From: an uncultured virus (IMG/VR IMGVR_UViG_3300047547_000492)
Taxonomy: Duplodnaviria; Heunggongvirae; Uroviricota; Caudoviricetes
Direction: 5' to 3' (one strand)
IMG/VR virus record: IMGVR_UViG_3300047547_000492
Length of the DNA stretch: 64,000 bases
Position 1 is the first letter of the stretch; each line of letters starts with the position of its first letter. The position numbers were made by a program, and so were the translations under genes. Below are positions 49,917 to 59,867 of this stretch, piece by piece. A model generated the notes under the pieces. It worked only from the letters and a program-made list of their open reading frames with translations, had not been told where the DNA came from and searched no databases.

Positions 49917-51205
49917 ACCTTGTGAGCCCAGGGCGGAACGTCGATCCTGTATTGGGCGAGCACTCTGTCGATGGTCGGGTCGCCCGTGATTCCCATGCCG
50001 ATCGCGGACTCATGATAGTCCTGTCTGGAATCGCGGGTACCCTCGTAGTTGATCCTATGCATGGTGGCCTGATCTCTGGCGTCATCGCCGTCGACGCCTA
50101 GACTGAGCGAGTGCCATCGGATCAGACCCACGATGGCCTGCTTGACCCTGTCCGGCGTCTGAGTTCGTGGTCCGACCATGCCCCACGTCGCCGACACTTT
50201 CACATCGCAGTCTCGATCCCAGACCCCACCGACCATCTCGACATACGGTTGCTTGGCGTCTCTGGAATTAACCCTCCACGCCAACCACTCCAGATTGACC
50301 TCCTGTTGAAGCTGCTGGGATCCCTCTCTGGAGACGTACCTCACCTCCAGATCAGACCCTCCGTTGACAGGCAGGACCACCGGCATGGGAAGATACAGCC
50401 TGGATCCCTGCGCCCGCATCCCAGACCATGTTCCGATCCAAGATGGCACCCAACAGTTGGTCTCCGAGATCCACGTGTCGATGGCCAATCGCCTGAGATC
50501 CCTGAGGTCCTCGTCGTTGACCATGGCCGCCGACCAGCCGGTCCATCGCCTGATGTAGCTCAGGGACACCCACGATGATGGAACCAGGGCGGCGTCTGGC
50601 GTCCATCCCTGAGAATGGGCAAATCCCACCGAGCCGGCCGGCTCGTGCACCGACGCAACGTCGTTCCTGATGGGGCCGTCTGACGGAGCGAACGACAGTC
50701 CGTACCGACCACCCTCGCTGAACGTCACAGATTCCCAGTACCATGCATCGGCGTACCCTGGGACCTGCGCCATCTCCTCCGGCCAGGACACCGCCTCACC
50801 AGAGTCGCTCAGACCGGCCAGAGCCCCATTCCTGTCGGTCACCGTCAACTGAACGGACGATGGAGAATCTGGGGCCGTCAATGCCACGGTGTACGGGATT
50901 CCAACTTCGGCGTCCTCGGTCGTGAACCCGTCAGGTTCCACCCTGATGACCGTCGGGTCCAGATCGACGCCGTCCACCGAGAATCTGGTCCAATAGACGC
51001 CGGCCTGTAGCACAACAAGCGTGGAGTAGACCCCAGGCGAGACCTCCTCCATCGCGACTGGAAAGGACAGGTCTTCACCGTCTTCGTTCGATCCTACGCC
51101 AGACCCGTCGATGCCGTGGATGACCACCAGAAGGACGTCAGATCCAGGCGACGATGGTGAAGTCGCGCAGACGAGATCGAAGGCCTGAAGCTCGGTGACC
51201 CTCAC
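49907..51205 (-). CDS. Head-tail adaptor (gp6-like C-terminus) with N-terminal Ig-like extension
   Basis: WVSLSYIR...TWG...PDRVKQAI...TGDPTIDRVLAQYR. Confidence 0.65.
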   Translation of the reverse strand: MRVTELQAFDLVCATSPSSPGSDVLLVVIHGIDGSGVGSNEDGEDLSFPVAMEEVSPGVYSTLVVLQAGVYWTRFSVDGVDLDPTVIRVEPDGFTTEDAEVGIPYTVALTAPDSPSSVQLTVTDRNGALAGLSDSGEAVSWPEEMAQVPGYADAWYWESVTFSEGGRYGLSFAPSDGPIRNDVASVHEPAGSVGFAHSQGWTPDAALVPSSWVSLSYIRRWTGWSAAMVNDEDLRDLRRLAIDTWISETNCWVPSWIGTWSGMRAQGSRLYLPMPVVLPVNGGSDLEVRYVSREGSQQLQQEVNLEWLAWRVNSRDAKQPYVEMVGGVWDRDCDVKVSATWGMVGPRTQTPDRVKQAIVGLIRWHSLSLGVDGDDARDQATMHRINYEGTRDSRQDYHESAIGMGITGDPTIDRVLAQYRIDVPPWAHKVCP

Positions 51206-51208
51206 GTC

Positions 51209-52237
51209 TCACCCCGTTCTGTAGCCAGGGTTGACGGTCAGTTCCACGGTCCTGACCCAGGACAGAACGGCGGCCTGGTCCCACTTCGGTCCGTCACCGC
51301 TCATCAGCGTGATCGCAGACATCCTGAAGGTCGCCCGGCGCTGTGATACGGACAGATAGTCATCCACGCTCAGATCGACGAATCCGACGTACACGCCGGA
51401 ACCTTCCACTACCTCCAGGGTGTCGCCATCAACGATGTCGAACTGACCTTCGTGAGCGTGCAGCCTCAGGATTCCAGACCCCTTACCGACCACCCGGTGA
51501 ACGAGCCCCTGACCATCTGGCTTTCTGACACCTCTCACGAGGTCACCGATCTCGAAGTCCGTCGAGTCGTCCACCGGAACCTCGTAAACGTCCTCGTCCT
51601 GAGGACCGCCCTCAGCCTCGAAGACGGGATCACCGGTCACCGATGCCGTGGCACCGCCGTCGACAGGAGACGCTGATTCGACCATCGTCGGCATCTCGAC
51701 GCCATCGTCCTCGAGGTCGATGACCCCATCATCGTCCTCACCGACGCACAGCAACATTTCGCCGAGCAACCACGCCCCGGCCTTGCCACTGACAGGCGGA
51801 GTGGTGGTCACCGTTACGACGATCCTGGCTGTGGATCCGGAGTCGACCCTCAAGACGTCCTGGGACTGAAGCGCCACCGGGATGGCCTCCTGGTACACCG
51901 GATCGTCGGATCCTCCATCGATCGGCGTGATCACGAGGAGTTCTCTGACGGAGTTGACCGACTCCGTCATGGCGACCTCGTACCCCTCCGCTCCCAGCTC
52001 CATGTCGAGAAACTCGGAGTTCAGGTCCACCCTATAAAGGCCAGGAAGATTCACCTGGTCCACCTCCGTCATATCGATGGAGGTGGATCCCACGGCAAAC
52101 TCGGCGCCATCCCAGAACTTCCCGTCTGAGACGCGCCGGATGATGGCGGTCGGCGTGAGGCCGGTTTGCGGCACCCCGGAGGCCTCGACCTCCAGGGCGG
52201 CAAAGATGCGGTCCCTGCGTTGGGTCTCGTAACGCAC
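51209..52237 (-). CDS. Putative virion structural protein
   Basis: GGAGG RBS before GTG 52237; acidic and beta-rich. Confidence 0.55.
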   Translation of the reverse strand: MRYETQRRDRIFAALEVEASGVPQTGLTPTAIIRRVSDGKFWDGAEFAVGSTSIDMTEVDQVNLPGLYRVDLNSEFLDMELGAEGYEVAMTESVNSVRELLVITPIDGGSDDPVYQEAIPVALQSQDVLRVDSGSTARIVVTVTTTPPVSGKAGAWLLGEMLLCVGEDDDGVIDLEDDGVEMPTMVESASPVDGGATASVTGDPVFEAEGGPQDEDVYEVPVDDSTDFEIGDLVRGVRKPDGQGLVHRVVGKGSGILRLHAHEGQFDIVDGDTLEVVEGSGVYVGFVDLSVDDYLSVSQRRATFRMSAITLMSGDGPKWDQAAVLSWVRTVELTVNPGYRTG

Positions 52238-52257
52238 GACGCCTCCACCGGCGCCGA

Positions 52258-53214
52258 TCAGCGCCGGACGAACCGCTTCAGAACGACGCGCAGGGTTCCC
52301 GATCCAGCCGTGAAGTCGGTGCCGGTGTTGTCGGTCTCGACGTCGAGAGTGGCGCCGGCCTTGAACTTGTTCGCCGCCGTGATCGCGGTCGCCGCCACCG
52401 GGGTCGGGATCACCGCGTTCGCGAGGGTCAGGGTGAGCACGCCTCCCGTCAGAGCGGTCCCGTCGATGCCAAGGACGACGTCCTGAGTGGCACCGGCCCC
52501 GGTTCCGTTCACGGCCGGGATGTAGTGCATCGACTCGATCTTGCCGCCGAAGGGCCAGGCGGGAAGCGGGATGCCGTCCATGTACAGTGATCCGGCGGCC
52601 ACGCCGGACATTTGCACGAGGCCCACCTGGACCTCGATGGTGGATCCGGCGACCTCCGCCATGTTGCTCTGATCGCTCTCGTCGTACACGATCTCGGTCT
52701 TGTTGGCCGAGTCGACGTACGCGGGTCGCTGCACGTCCGACGCCGCGTGGACGATCACCAGGTCCGACACCCGGTAGAACCGCAGGCTTCCGCAGATCAC
52801 GTACGATGGACGGTCGTCGAGGTCCAGCGCGTCGACGATCTGAGCGTGGGTGGGCTTGGCCACGCTCGCCAGCGCAGCCACGGTGCCGGGCACCCAGATG
52901 AGGTTGATCGCCGAGGACGGACGATGCTGCACGGCCACCAGCGTGAACCACACCGCTTGGCCGGAGGTCAGGTAGCCGTTCTGCGACACGAGGGTCGCCT
53001 CGGCGCCCGCCACGTCGGCCACTCGACCGTTCATCTTCACCCGACCCGCCGTGTACGCGGCTCGGAGCACGGTGGCTCCTGCGGCTCCGGTGGCCTGGCT
53101 GGAGCGCGTCTGGACCGGCGGCTCCACGAAGACGCCCTCGACCCAGAACGGCGGGGGCTGATAGTTCTCGCCTGCGTTGCACAGGGCGAGCGCTGCGACG
53201 ACGTCGAGGGACAT
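52258..53214 (-). CDS. Putative capsid decoration protein
   Basis: Follows the major capsid gene; Ala/Thr/Gly-rich with strongly GC3-biased codons. Confidence 0.55.
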   Translation of the reverse strand: MSLDVVAALALCNAGENYQPPPFWVEGVFVEPPVQTRSSQATGAAGATVLRAAYTAGRVKMNGRVADVAGAEATLVSQNGYLTSGQAVWFTLVAVQHRPSSAINLIWVPGTVAALASVAKPTHAQIVDALDLDDRPSYVICGSLRFYRVSDLVIVHAASDVQRPAYVDSANKTEIVYDESDQSNMAEVAGSTIEVQVGLVQMSGVAAGSLYMDGIPLPAWPFGGKIESMHYIPAVNGTGAGATQDVVLGIDGTALTGGVLTLTLANAVIPTPVAATAITAANKFKAGATLDVETDNTGTDFTAGSGTLRVVLKRFVRR

Positions 53215-53221
53215 CTGCTTC

Positions 53222-53518
53222 TCACTGGTTGGGGTTGCTCGCTCTGTTGCGGATCTTCGCGATGATGTCGGCCTGATGGGGCAGGACCTCGTCGATCTTC
53301 TGCTGTTCCTCCGGCGCCTTCGTCTGCACCGGCTTGAGATCCTCTGGCTTGACGCCGTCCTCCGTCCACGCCCCTGAACGCCTGAGCCTGTTGACCAACA
53401 GCCTGTGCTTCGGGAATCTGTCCGGCTCCAATACCAGTCGATATCCCCTACTCACCATCAGGCCCGGGGTGACCGGGCTCACAGCCCTCTCGTGCCTGAC
53501 GGTGAACGTGACGAGCAT
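53222..53518 (-). CDS. Small hypothetical protein downstream of capsid
   Basis: GGAGTGAGG RBS before ATG. Confidence 0.55.
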   Translation of the reverse strand: MLVTFTVRHERAVSPVTPGLMVSRGYRLVLEPDRFPKHRLLVNRLRRSGAWTEDGVKPEDLKPVQTKAPEEQQKIDEVLPHQADIIAKIRNRASNPNQ

Positions 53519-53573
53519 CGGGTCCTCACTCCAAAATCCCTGAACTCTGCCGCCGTTCAGTTCAGCCGTCTCC

Positions 53574-55022
53574 TCAGAGCGCCGGAAGGACGGAGAACCT
53601 GGGCGTGATGAGATCATCCGTCAAGGAGACGCCGTCGTAGTCGACCACGAGGAAGTCGAGGTCGATGTGAACGATCACCTCGATCTTCTCGTCGTGGGGG
53701 TAGAAGACCGTGTAGATACGCATGCCGTTCCGGACCACCATGGTCAGGAACGGGAACACGCCGAGCATGATGGGCTGGACGTCGGCCCACTTGACGTAGT
53801 AGTCGGCCGCGGTGGTCGACACGACGGTCTGGCCGAGCAGGCCGGCCGTCGTGACGGTGTTGTTGGGCGCGGAGTAGGCGACCGCGAGGGTCTCCTCGAC
53901 GCCGGTGGATAGCCGACCCACGGTCACGTAGCGCTGTCCGTCCGCACCGCTGTCGGAGCGGTTGACGCCGGAGGTCGCCAGGGTGTTGATGTTGATGGTC
54001 AGCGTCCCGTCGCCGTTGTTCACCAGGGACGTCGGCGCCATGCCGTCGTAGCCCTCGTCGGTGCTGTGACCGTCGTCGATCAGCTGAGGGATGACGACGC
54101 CGGGCTTGCCCATCGGATTCGCCTGAGCGCCCATCGCATTGAGCAGGTTGCTCCCGAGGCTGTTCACGATGCTCGGGTGGGCGTTGCTCGGCGAGTCTCC
54201 GGTCGCGGTCAGCTCGGTCAGCCAGCGCGACCCGATGCTGTCGGTGATGCCCCACGCGAGGCCGGGATGCGATCGGTAGGACTTGTCGAGCTGCTGGATC
54301 ATGCCGGCCCAGATGCCGTTGTGGTACGAGAACCCGGCGTCGCGACCCTGGTAGTTCGCCGAGTTGGCCCGGATCTTGGTGAGCCACCCGTCGACAGCCG
54401 AGCGCTGTATGTTCAGGTCGGTGTCGGTCGGCAGGGCGGTCGAACCATTGATCCCGAGGTCGGCCAGCACGTTGCCGATGCCGGTGGCGATGCCCCGACG
54501 CACCAGCTGGTTCACGTCCTGGCCGGCGCGCTTGGCCGCCTTGATGGCGGTCAGGCGGATGCCGAACGCCCCCGAGATGGTCCGGGTCTGGTACTGGCTG
54601 GCGTCGACATCCGGCTTGTGGATCGGGATGCCGCTGCGGACGCCCTCGGTGGGCATCGGATGCATCCGGAAGCTCCGATCATCCCACGTGTCGAGGTACC
54701 CGGACTGCTCCGTGACCGGCGCGAACGTGGTGAAACGCAGCCAGTCGGACTCCTTCCGGATCCGCGCGAAGATCCCGAGCTGCGCCTCGGGGTTGAGAGC
54801 CGTCCCGGCGGGCTCCGAGTCAGCCTCGAGGTAGCCCGATCCCCTGGTGGAGACCGACACGCCGCCGTCGAGGCCAGCGGACCTCACGGTGCGCTGCGGG
54901 GTGGCCGGGGACCGGTTCTGCTCGACCCGGACCTCCATCACCTGGTTCGACCGCCCGGTCGCCGGGGTTCCGGCGACCAGGCCCTGCACGGCCTTGAGGG
55001 CCTGTTCGACGATCGGATCCAT
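53574..55022 (-). CDS. Major capsid protein (HK97 fold)
   Basis: GTALNPEAQ..., LADLGINGST, DGWL, LDKSYR; follows the scaffold gene; biased codons. Confidence 0.82.
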   Translation of the reverse strand: MDPIVEQALKAVQGLVAGTPATGRSNQVMEVRVEQNRSPATPQRTVRSAGLDGGVSVSTRGSGYLEADSEPAGTALNPEAQLGIFARIRKESDWLRFTTFAPVTEQSGYLDTWDDRSFRMHPMPTEGVRSGIPIHKPDVDASQYQTRTISGAFGIRLTAIKAAKRAGQDVNQLVRRGIATGIGNVLADLGINGSTALPTDTDLNIQRSAVDGWLTKIRANSANYQGRDAGFSYHNGIWAGMIQQLDKSYRSHPGLAWGITDSIGSRWLTELTATGDSPSNAHPSIVNSLGSNLLNAMGAQANPMGKPGVVIPQLIDDGHSTDEGYDGMAPTSLVNNGDGTLTININTLATSGVNRSDSGADGQRYVTVGRLSTGVEETLAVAYSAPNNTVTTAGLLGQTVVSTTAADYYVKWADVQPIMLGVFPFLTMVVRNGMRIYTVFYPHDEKIEVIVHIDLDFLVVDYDGVSLTDDLITPRFSVLPAL

Positions 55023-55083
55023 CTGGAATCCCCGAGGGTTGGGCTGTTGCGTCGTAGGGTTGAAGGACTGGACGCGGCTTGGG

Positions 55084-56319
55084 TCAGCCGCGGGCGCCGA
55101 CCATCCGGTTGAGCGCGGGCATCTCGACCTCCAGCGGGTCGCCGTCGTCCTCCTCGGGGGCGAACCCGAAGGCTCCGGCGGGATCGCCCTGCGGGGTCGG
55201 CGAGGAGTAGAACGCCTTCATGGTCTGGACCATCGCCTCGGCGACGGACGGGGCGACCATCTCCTTGATGGCGTTCGCGAGGTCTCCCGAGGGGTTGGCC
55301 TTGATCTCGGCGGCGATGGTCTTGGCGAAGGCCGCGCGCGCCGCCGACTTCATGGCGGAGTTGACCTTCGGCGTACCAGAGATCGAAGCCGCGGCGTCCA
55401 CGTCGACGCTCGAGACCGCGCTCGCGATCATGCCGAGGATGGCCTCTCCGCCCTGAAAGTCGCGGAGCTGACGGATGAACTCCTGGGGGTCGAACTGCTC
55501 GACGCCGGTGTCTCCCCAGGCGAACTTCTTCGCGGCTTCGGGGAACTTGGCGGCCGCATCCTTCCGGGCCTGGTCGACGACCTCGAGGAACCCGACGGGA
55601 TCCTCCTTCGCCAGGGCAGCGAGCATGACGATGGTGAGCACTGGAGCCTCCTGAGGTGTTGACGACGACTTGGCGGCGACCCCGACGACGCCGTCGCGGA
55701 TCTCAGACGCCCACTGAGCGAACAGACAGCCGACCTCTGAGAAGATGCCGAGGATGGTCTCCGTCGATGATCCCTCGCCTCCAGCGGCGAGCACGGACAC
55801 CACGGAGTCCCTGAGGTGCACCTTGGCCTGGCCGAGCGACCTGACGAAGGCATTCCGATCGATCTGCGTCTCGGTATTCGCCTCGAGGCGCATGTGAGGT
55901 TGGAGGTCGACGCGACGTTGGGACGCGACCTCCGCCATCTTGGCGTGTCCGACCGCCACCGCGAGGGCCGCCACGCGCGCGGCCGCCTGGTTGGTGCAGG
56001 CGATCACCCGAGCGGCCCTGTCCGACGCGGCGATCGGACGGTCGAGCACGTCGATGAGGACGGTCTCCCACGCGTCGAGGGTCTCGTCGATGAACCCCAC
56101 CAGCTCGTCCGCCGAGGCACCGGCCCGTTGGATCGCCTGGGGTCCCGGCGGATCCCTGAGGACGTCACCAGGCGGTGAGGCGGACTTCCACGACGACGCG
56201 GGCCGGTCGTTCGCGCCCCAGTCGACGATCGAGAGGTGACGCGGTATCGGATTGGTGAGCAGCACCACCTCCGCCGTCCCGTCCGGCCCGACGTTCAGCT
56301 GACGACGGCTCCTCCTCAC
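55084..56319 (-). CDS. Protease-fragment/scaffold protein
   Basis: N-terminal HLSIVDWGAN, helical Ala/Lys/Glu-rich C-terminus; GTGA-coupled start. Confidence 0.6.
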   Translation of the reverse strand: MRRSRRQLNVGPDGTAEVVLLTNPIPRHLSIVDWGANDRPASSWKSASPPGDVLRDPPGPQAIQRAGASADELVGFIDETLDAWETVLIDVLDRPIAASDRAARVIACTNQAAARVAALAVAVGHAKMAEVASQRRVDLQPHMRLEANTETQIDRNAFVRSLGQAKVHLRDSVVSVLAAGGEGSSTETILGIFSEVGCLFAQWASEIRDGVVGVAAKSSSTPQEAPVLTIVMLAALAKEDPVGFLEVVDQARKDAAAKFPEAAKKFAWGDTGVEQFDPQEFIRQLRDFQGGEAILGMIASAVSSVDVDAAASISGTPKVNSAMKSAARAAFAKTIAAEIKANPSGDLANAIKEMVAPSVAEAMVQTMKAFYSSPTPQGDPAGAFGFAPEEDDGDPLEVEMPALNRMVGARG

Positions 56320-57290
56320 GTTGCCTCCTCGAGGTGACCACGAAGGTGAGCCTCCGCCCCGGGCCTGAGCTCCGGGGGAATCGAGTCGAGCCTGGACATC
56401 GCCTCGAGGACACCCGCCCTGGAGGTCATCATGGCGCCGGACCTGACTCTGTGGTGTGGGAGCCAAGCGTCTGCGCCCCTGCAGGCGGCGAACGCCTCTC
56501 TCCCGAGGATCGAACCCGATGCCGAACCTGCGCGAACGCCGACCGACTCGAGGGACCTCACGGCGTCATCCCGATCCCAAGGGGAGTGGTCCGTGGGCCA
56601 CCTCGACGCCGCCCTGGTGAGGGTCGGAGACTCGAACAGGGCGGCTGCCAGGCCGGCCCACGGGCCGTCGGACACGCCAGACACCTCGATGGTGTCGGCA
56701 TCCACGGCGATGGCCAGAGGCATGCCGTGCGACCTGACCGCGACGAACAGGCCTGGAGAGACCTCCCTGACGGCCTGGACTCCCTCATAGCCGCATGAGG
56801 CGATCTCCGCAGCCCACTCCGAGAGGGTGGAGGGGAGCGCCACGGGCCGTGGCGCTCCGCGGCCCGTGGCCACCGGCAACCTGACGACCTTGTTGAAGGT
56901 CAGAGCGTCGAGGCTGACGCTGTTGAGCTTCCCGCTCCTGAGGCCGTCCATGGCCTCCTTGGACTGATGGACGTCTAGACGAGCCGCGTGGCTGTTGATC
57001 GGGAACGCCGGCGATGCGATCTCTGGCGCGTTGAAGAACGACTCGACGGCCCTGACATTTCGACCGATCCCGTCGTGCTGGATGTCCACCGACGGTCCAA
57101 ACGCCAGCCACCTGTGGGCGAACAGCTCCACGTCGGTGGGCAGCATCCCGGTGCCGTGCAGATCCAGGTCCTCCGCCCTGACTGCGCCCGGGTCGAGAGC
57201 CGCATAGTTGACGAACCACACGAGGCCGCGGACTAGGTCCGACCTCATCTGGTCCATCATCATGGCGATCTTCACCGAGCTCGCTTCCAT
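56316..57290 (-). CDS. XkdF-like prohead serine protease
   Basis: DLHG...VELFAHRW...DIQHD...VESF...GKLNSVS. Confidence 0.72.
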   Translation of the reverse strand: MEASSVKIAMMMDQMRSDLVRGLVWFVNYAALDPGAVRAEDLDLHGTGMLPTDVELFAHRWLAFGPSVDIQHDGIGRNVRAVESFFNAPEIASPAFPINSHAARLDVHQSKEAMDGLRSGKLNSVSLDALTFNKVVRLPVATGRGAPRPVALPSTLSEWAAEIASCGYEGVQAVREVSPGLFVAVRSHGMPLAIAVDADTIEVSGVSDGPWAGLAAALFESPTLTRAASRWPTDHSPWDRDDAVRSLESVGVRAGSASGSILGREAFAACRGADAWLPHHRVRSGAMMTSRAGVLEAMSRLDSIPPELRPGAEAHLRGHLEEAT

Positions 57291-57360
57291 TTCTTTGAAT
57301 TAACAGCGCCACGTCGACTCAGCCACGGGAGAGTTGGCCCGACGGGTTCGACGGACGTCG

Positions 57361-57786
57361 TCAGAGACAGTCCGCCGTGACGTCATCCCAGTCCGCGAGG
57401 GTCGCGACCCCGTCCGGCGTGGCCTCCCAAACGGAGCGCCGCCTCTGGTTGTCACCGATGATCTTGCCCTCGGAGAACAGGGCCACCAGGCCCACGTCGG
57501 ACATGGCCTGGAGCATCCTCCACAGCCTCGTCTCGGCCTGAGGGGTCACGGCGAGCAGGCCGTCGGCCGTGGAGAAGTCCTCGATGGCGTCCAGCGCGCC
57601 ACGCCGGGCCAGCTCGACGCACGATTTGATGGACAGTGGGCACGCACGACGATTGGGAGTCGCCGTCAGGATCCTCAGCATCTCAGCCCATCTGTGGTGT
57701 TCCGCCTTGGTCTTCACCAACCTGACCGACGGCGAAACCATCGGTCCGTGCATCCACAGGCCGGCGAACCCCCTCGACGTGTCCAC
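57361..57786 (-). CDS. Hypothetical protein (possible winged-helix)
   Basis: GAGGTGA RBS; WEATPDG C-terminal wing-like motif. Confidence 0.5.
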   Translation of the reverse strand: MDTSRGFAGLWMHGPMVSPSVRLVKTKAEHHRWAEMLRILTATPNRRACPLSIKSCVELARRGALDAIEDFSTADGLLAVTPQAETRLWRMLQAMSDVGLVALFSEGKIIGDNQRRRSVWEATPDGVATLADWDDVTADCL

Positions 57787-57789
57787 GGC

Positions 57790-58068
57790 TCACCTCACGA
57801 GCGGCGTCTGGTACACCCAGTGCAGCGTGGACGGCGACCCGCTCGACTGCACGAAGTGGACGGCCTGCTTCTCGCACGGGCCGTCCATCGACAATCCCTC
57901 GCCCGAGGCGATGGGGAACCCGGTGGCCGCGTCGGCCTCCGACGTCCCCATCTTCCACGCGATGGACTCCTCCATGCGGAACAGGTGACCCTTGGAGTTG
58001 GCCGGCAGGATCACGGTCGCGTCGACCCCGCTGACCATGGCGATCTTGATGTGGCATAACCTGAACAC
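57790..58068 (-). CDS. Small hypothetical beta protein
   Basis: GFPIASGEGLSMD; start uncertain (GTG 58068 or ATG 58038). Confidence 0.45.
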   Translation of the reverse strand: MFRLCHIKIAMVSGVDATVILPANSKGHLFRMEESIAWKMGTSEADAATGFPIASGEGLSMDGPCEKQAVHFVQSSGSPSTLHWVYQTPLVR

Positions 58069-58118
58069 TCCCCCAGGGTATCGACCCCGCGTGACACCGG
58101 CCACTCGGGGTCGGGTCG

Positions 58119-58757
58119 TCAACGGTCGATCAGCCTCGGCTCCAGCGACACCCGGGCCGCCTCGACGACCATCCTGATGGTCGACGGATGGGCCTTGGAG
58201 CGACGGTCGTCGATGTCGCACGGCGCGCCCGCTGACACGACGCGCTTCTTGACCGTCAGGTCCGGCGCGTCGACCTTGAGCACCTCCACCGTCACGCCGT
58301 TCAGGTCGTACGCGGGGGTTACCCGCCTGAACGTCCCCCGAGGGAAGAGGTACGACTCGCCAGCGGACACGTGCACGACGACCTCGACGGGCGTCACGGT
58401 CCCAGGCAGGCGGACGTTGACCTGGCCCCTGTCAGACGGCTCGACCTCCCACACGCTGAATTGGCCGTTGGGCATCGGCCAGGCCGACACCTCGATGTTG
58501 ACCAGCTGGCCCGCGATGACGGTCGACGAGAATCCGAAGCGATGATCCCTGATCTCGCGCGTGACGAACGGTTCCACCTGGAGCGACCGATGCCACACCT
58601 TGACCCTCGGCCGATCGTTCGGCGACAGTCCGACCACGAACCCCCTCGGGTCGTGGCGCCACTCGACGCTGGGGTCGTCGAAGGCGAACACGGCATCCAC
58701 GACGACGCGTCGAACCGCCGTGGCGGTGGCTGGACGTCGCTTCGTGACGGGCCTCAC
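58119..58757 (-). CDS. Cupin-fold (double-stranded beta-helix) protein
   Basis: IRDHRFGFSSTVIAGQL.N and AGESYLF. Confidence 0.6.
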   Translation of the reverse strand: MRPVTKRRPATATAVRRVVVDAVFAFDDPSVEWRHDPRGFVVGLSPNDRPRVKVWHRSLQVEPFVTREIRDHRFGFSSTVIAGQLVNIEVSAWPMPNGQFSVWEVEPSDRGQVNVRLPGTVTPVEVVVHVSAGESYLFPRGTFRRVTPAYDLNGVTVEVLKVDAPDLTVKKRVVSAGAPCDIDDRRSKAHPSTIRMVVEAARVSLEPRLIDR

Positions 58758-59494
58758 GGATGTCCGCTCAGGTCAGTCGGGCCGTAGGACTCGGGGTCGT
58801 TCATGCACGCCACCAGGATGGACTTGTACTTCTTGATGTATGCCCTCCACGGCATACGTTCGGCCGGCGCGTGGACCATGACGGCGTGGCGCTGCTCCGG
58901 CGTGGGGTCGGTCGGCGGGACGAACTCCGGCATCCAGCTCGGCCTCGGTCTCTCCGGCCGGTCCCAGCCTAGTCTGCCGAGGAGACCGGTCGGCATCTGA
59001 CCGCATCTGAGGCCGGCCATCTTGGCCAGGACCATGCGCCTGGCCATCTCGAGCTCCGCCTTGTGGTACTGGGCCCTGTAGGTAGACACCGGATCGCCTG
59101 GGATCTTGCATCGGTTGTGGGTCAGCTGGGGGATCTCCAGCGTAGACCCGGGCTCGAGGGGGGCGAGCCCGGTCGGAGCGTTGTCAAGCGCCCACCACAT
59201 CAGCCGTTCGGACGGGTAGACCTTCATGAATCTGAACCTCCTCTCGACCACGGTCGCCCTGCAGTGATCCACCATCCACTCCCACGCCTCTGAGGAGGAC
59301 AGGACCCACTGAACCAGCGTAGATCCGGCCCACGCGGCGTTGATCGGACACCCCTCAGCCCCGGCGTGGGCCGCGGCATTCGTCAGCACGAGGCTCAACA
59401 CCATGCCCTGGCGCCAGACGTGCATGTCGGCCAGGTACTTGGCTGACGTCCTGTGGTCATCATCGAGCATCCAAAGATCCAACCCGTCGCTCAT
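58754..59494 (-). CDS. Pyrimidine-dimer DNA glycosylase (DenV-like) family protein
   Basis: LWMLDDDHRTSAKYLADMHV and GDPVSTYRAQY. Confidence 0.6.
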   Translation of the reverse strand: MSDGLDLWMLDDDHRTSAKYLADMHVWRQGMVLSLVLTNAAAHAGAEGCPINAAWAGSTLVQWVLSSSEAWEWMVDHCRATVVERRFRFMKVYPSERLMWWALDNAPTGLAPLEPGSTLEIPQLTHNRCKIPGDPVSTYRAQYHKAELEMARRMVLAKMAGLRCGQMPTGLLGRLGWDRPERPRPSWMPEFVPPTDPTPEQRHAVMVHAPAERMPWRAYIKKYKSILVACMNDPESYGPTDLSGHP

Positions 59495-59586
59495 CTTGTG
59501 TCTCCGGGCGCCTGACCACCTGAGGCCAGACGTTCAACACAGGATAACCCGGCCGGCGCGTCGGTGACACAGACCGCATGATCGTG

Positions 59587-59762
59587 GGGCCCGTTTGAGC
59601 GCCGATCAGCCGAGTCTGGGCCCGTTTGAGCGCCGATCAGCCGAGTCTGGGCCCGTTTGAGCGCCGATCAGCCGAGTCTGGGCCCGTTTGAGCGCCGATC
59701 AGCCGAGTCTGGGCCCGTTTGAGCGCCGATCAGCCGAGTCTGGGCCCGTTTGAGCGCCGATC
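59587..59762. repeat. 31-bp tandem repeat GGGCCCGTTTGAGCGCCGATCAGCCGAGTCT, 5 full copies plus a partial
   Basis: Direct reading; non-coding; no spacers. Confidence 0.97.
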
Positions 59763-59826
59763 GTCAAAAAATTTTGAAAAAGTGGGTCGAAGCGCGCGCC
59801 GATCGTCAAAAAATTTTGAAAAAGTG
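59754..59826. repeat. Duplicated AT-rich element GCGCCGATCGTCAAAAAATTTTGAAAAAGTG
   Basis: Two copies 42 bp apart. Confidence 0.93.
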
Positions 59827-59867
59827 CGCTCATTTCATCGGATATTCCCCTCTGACAAGGAGATCCG

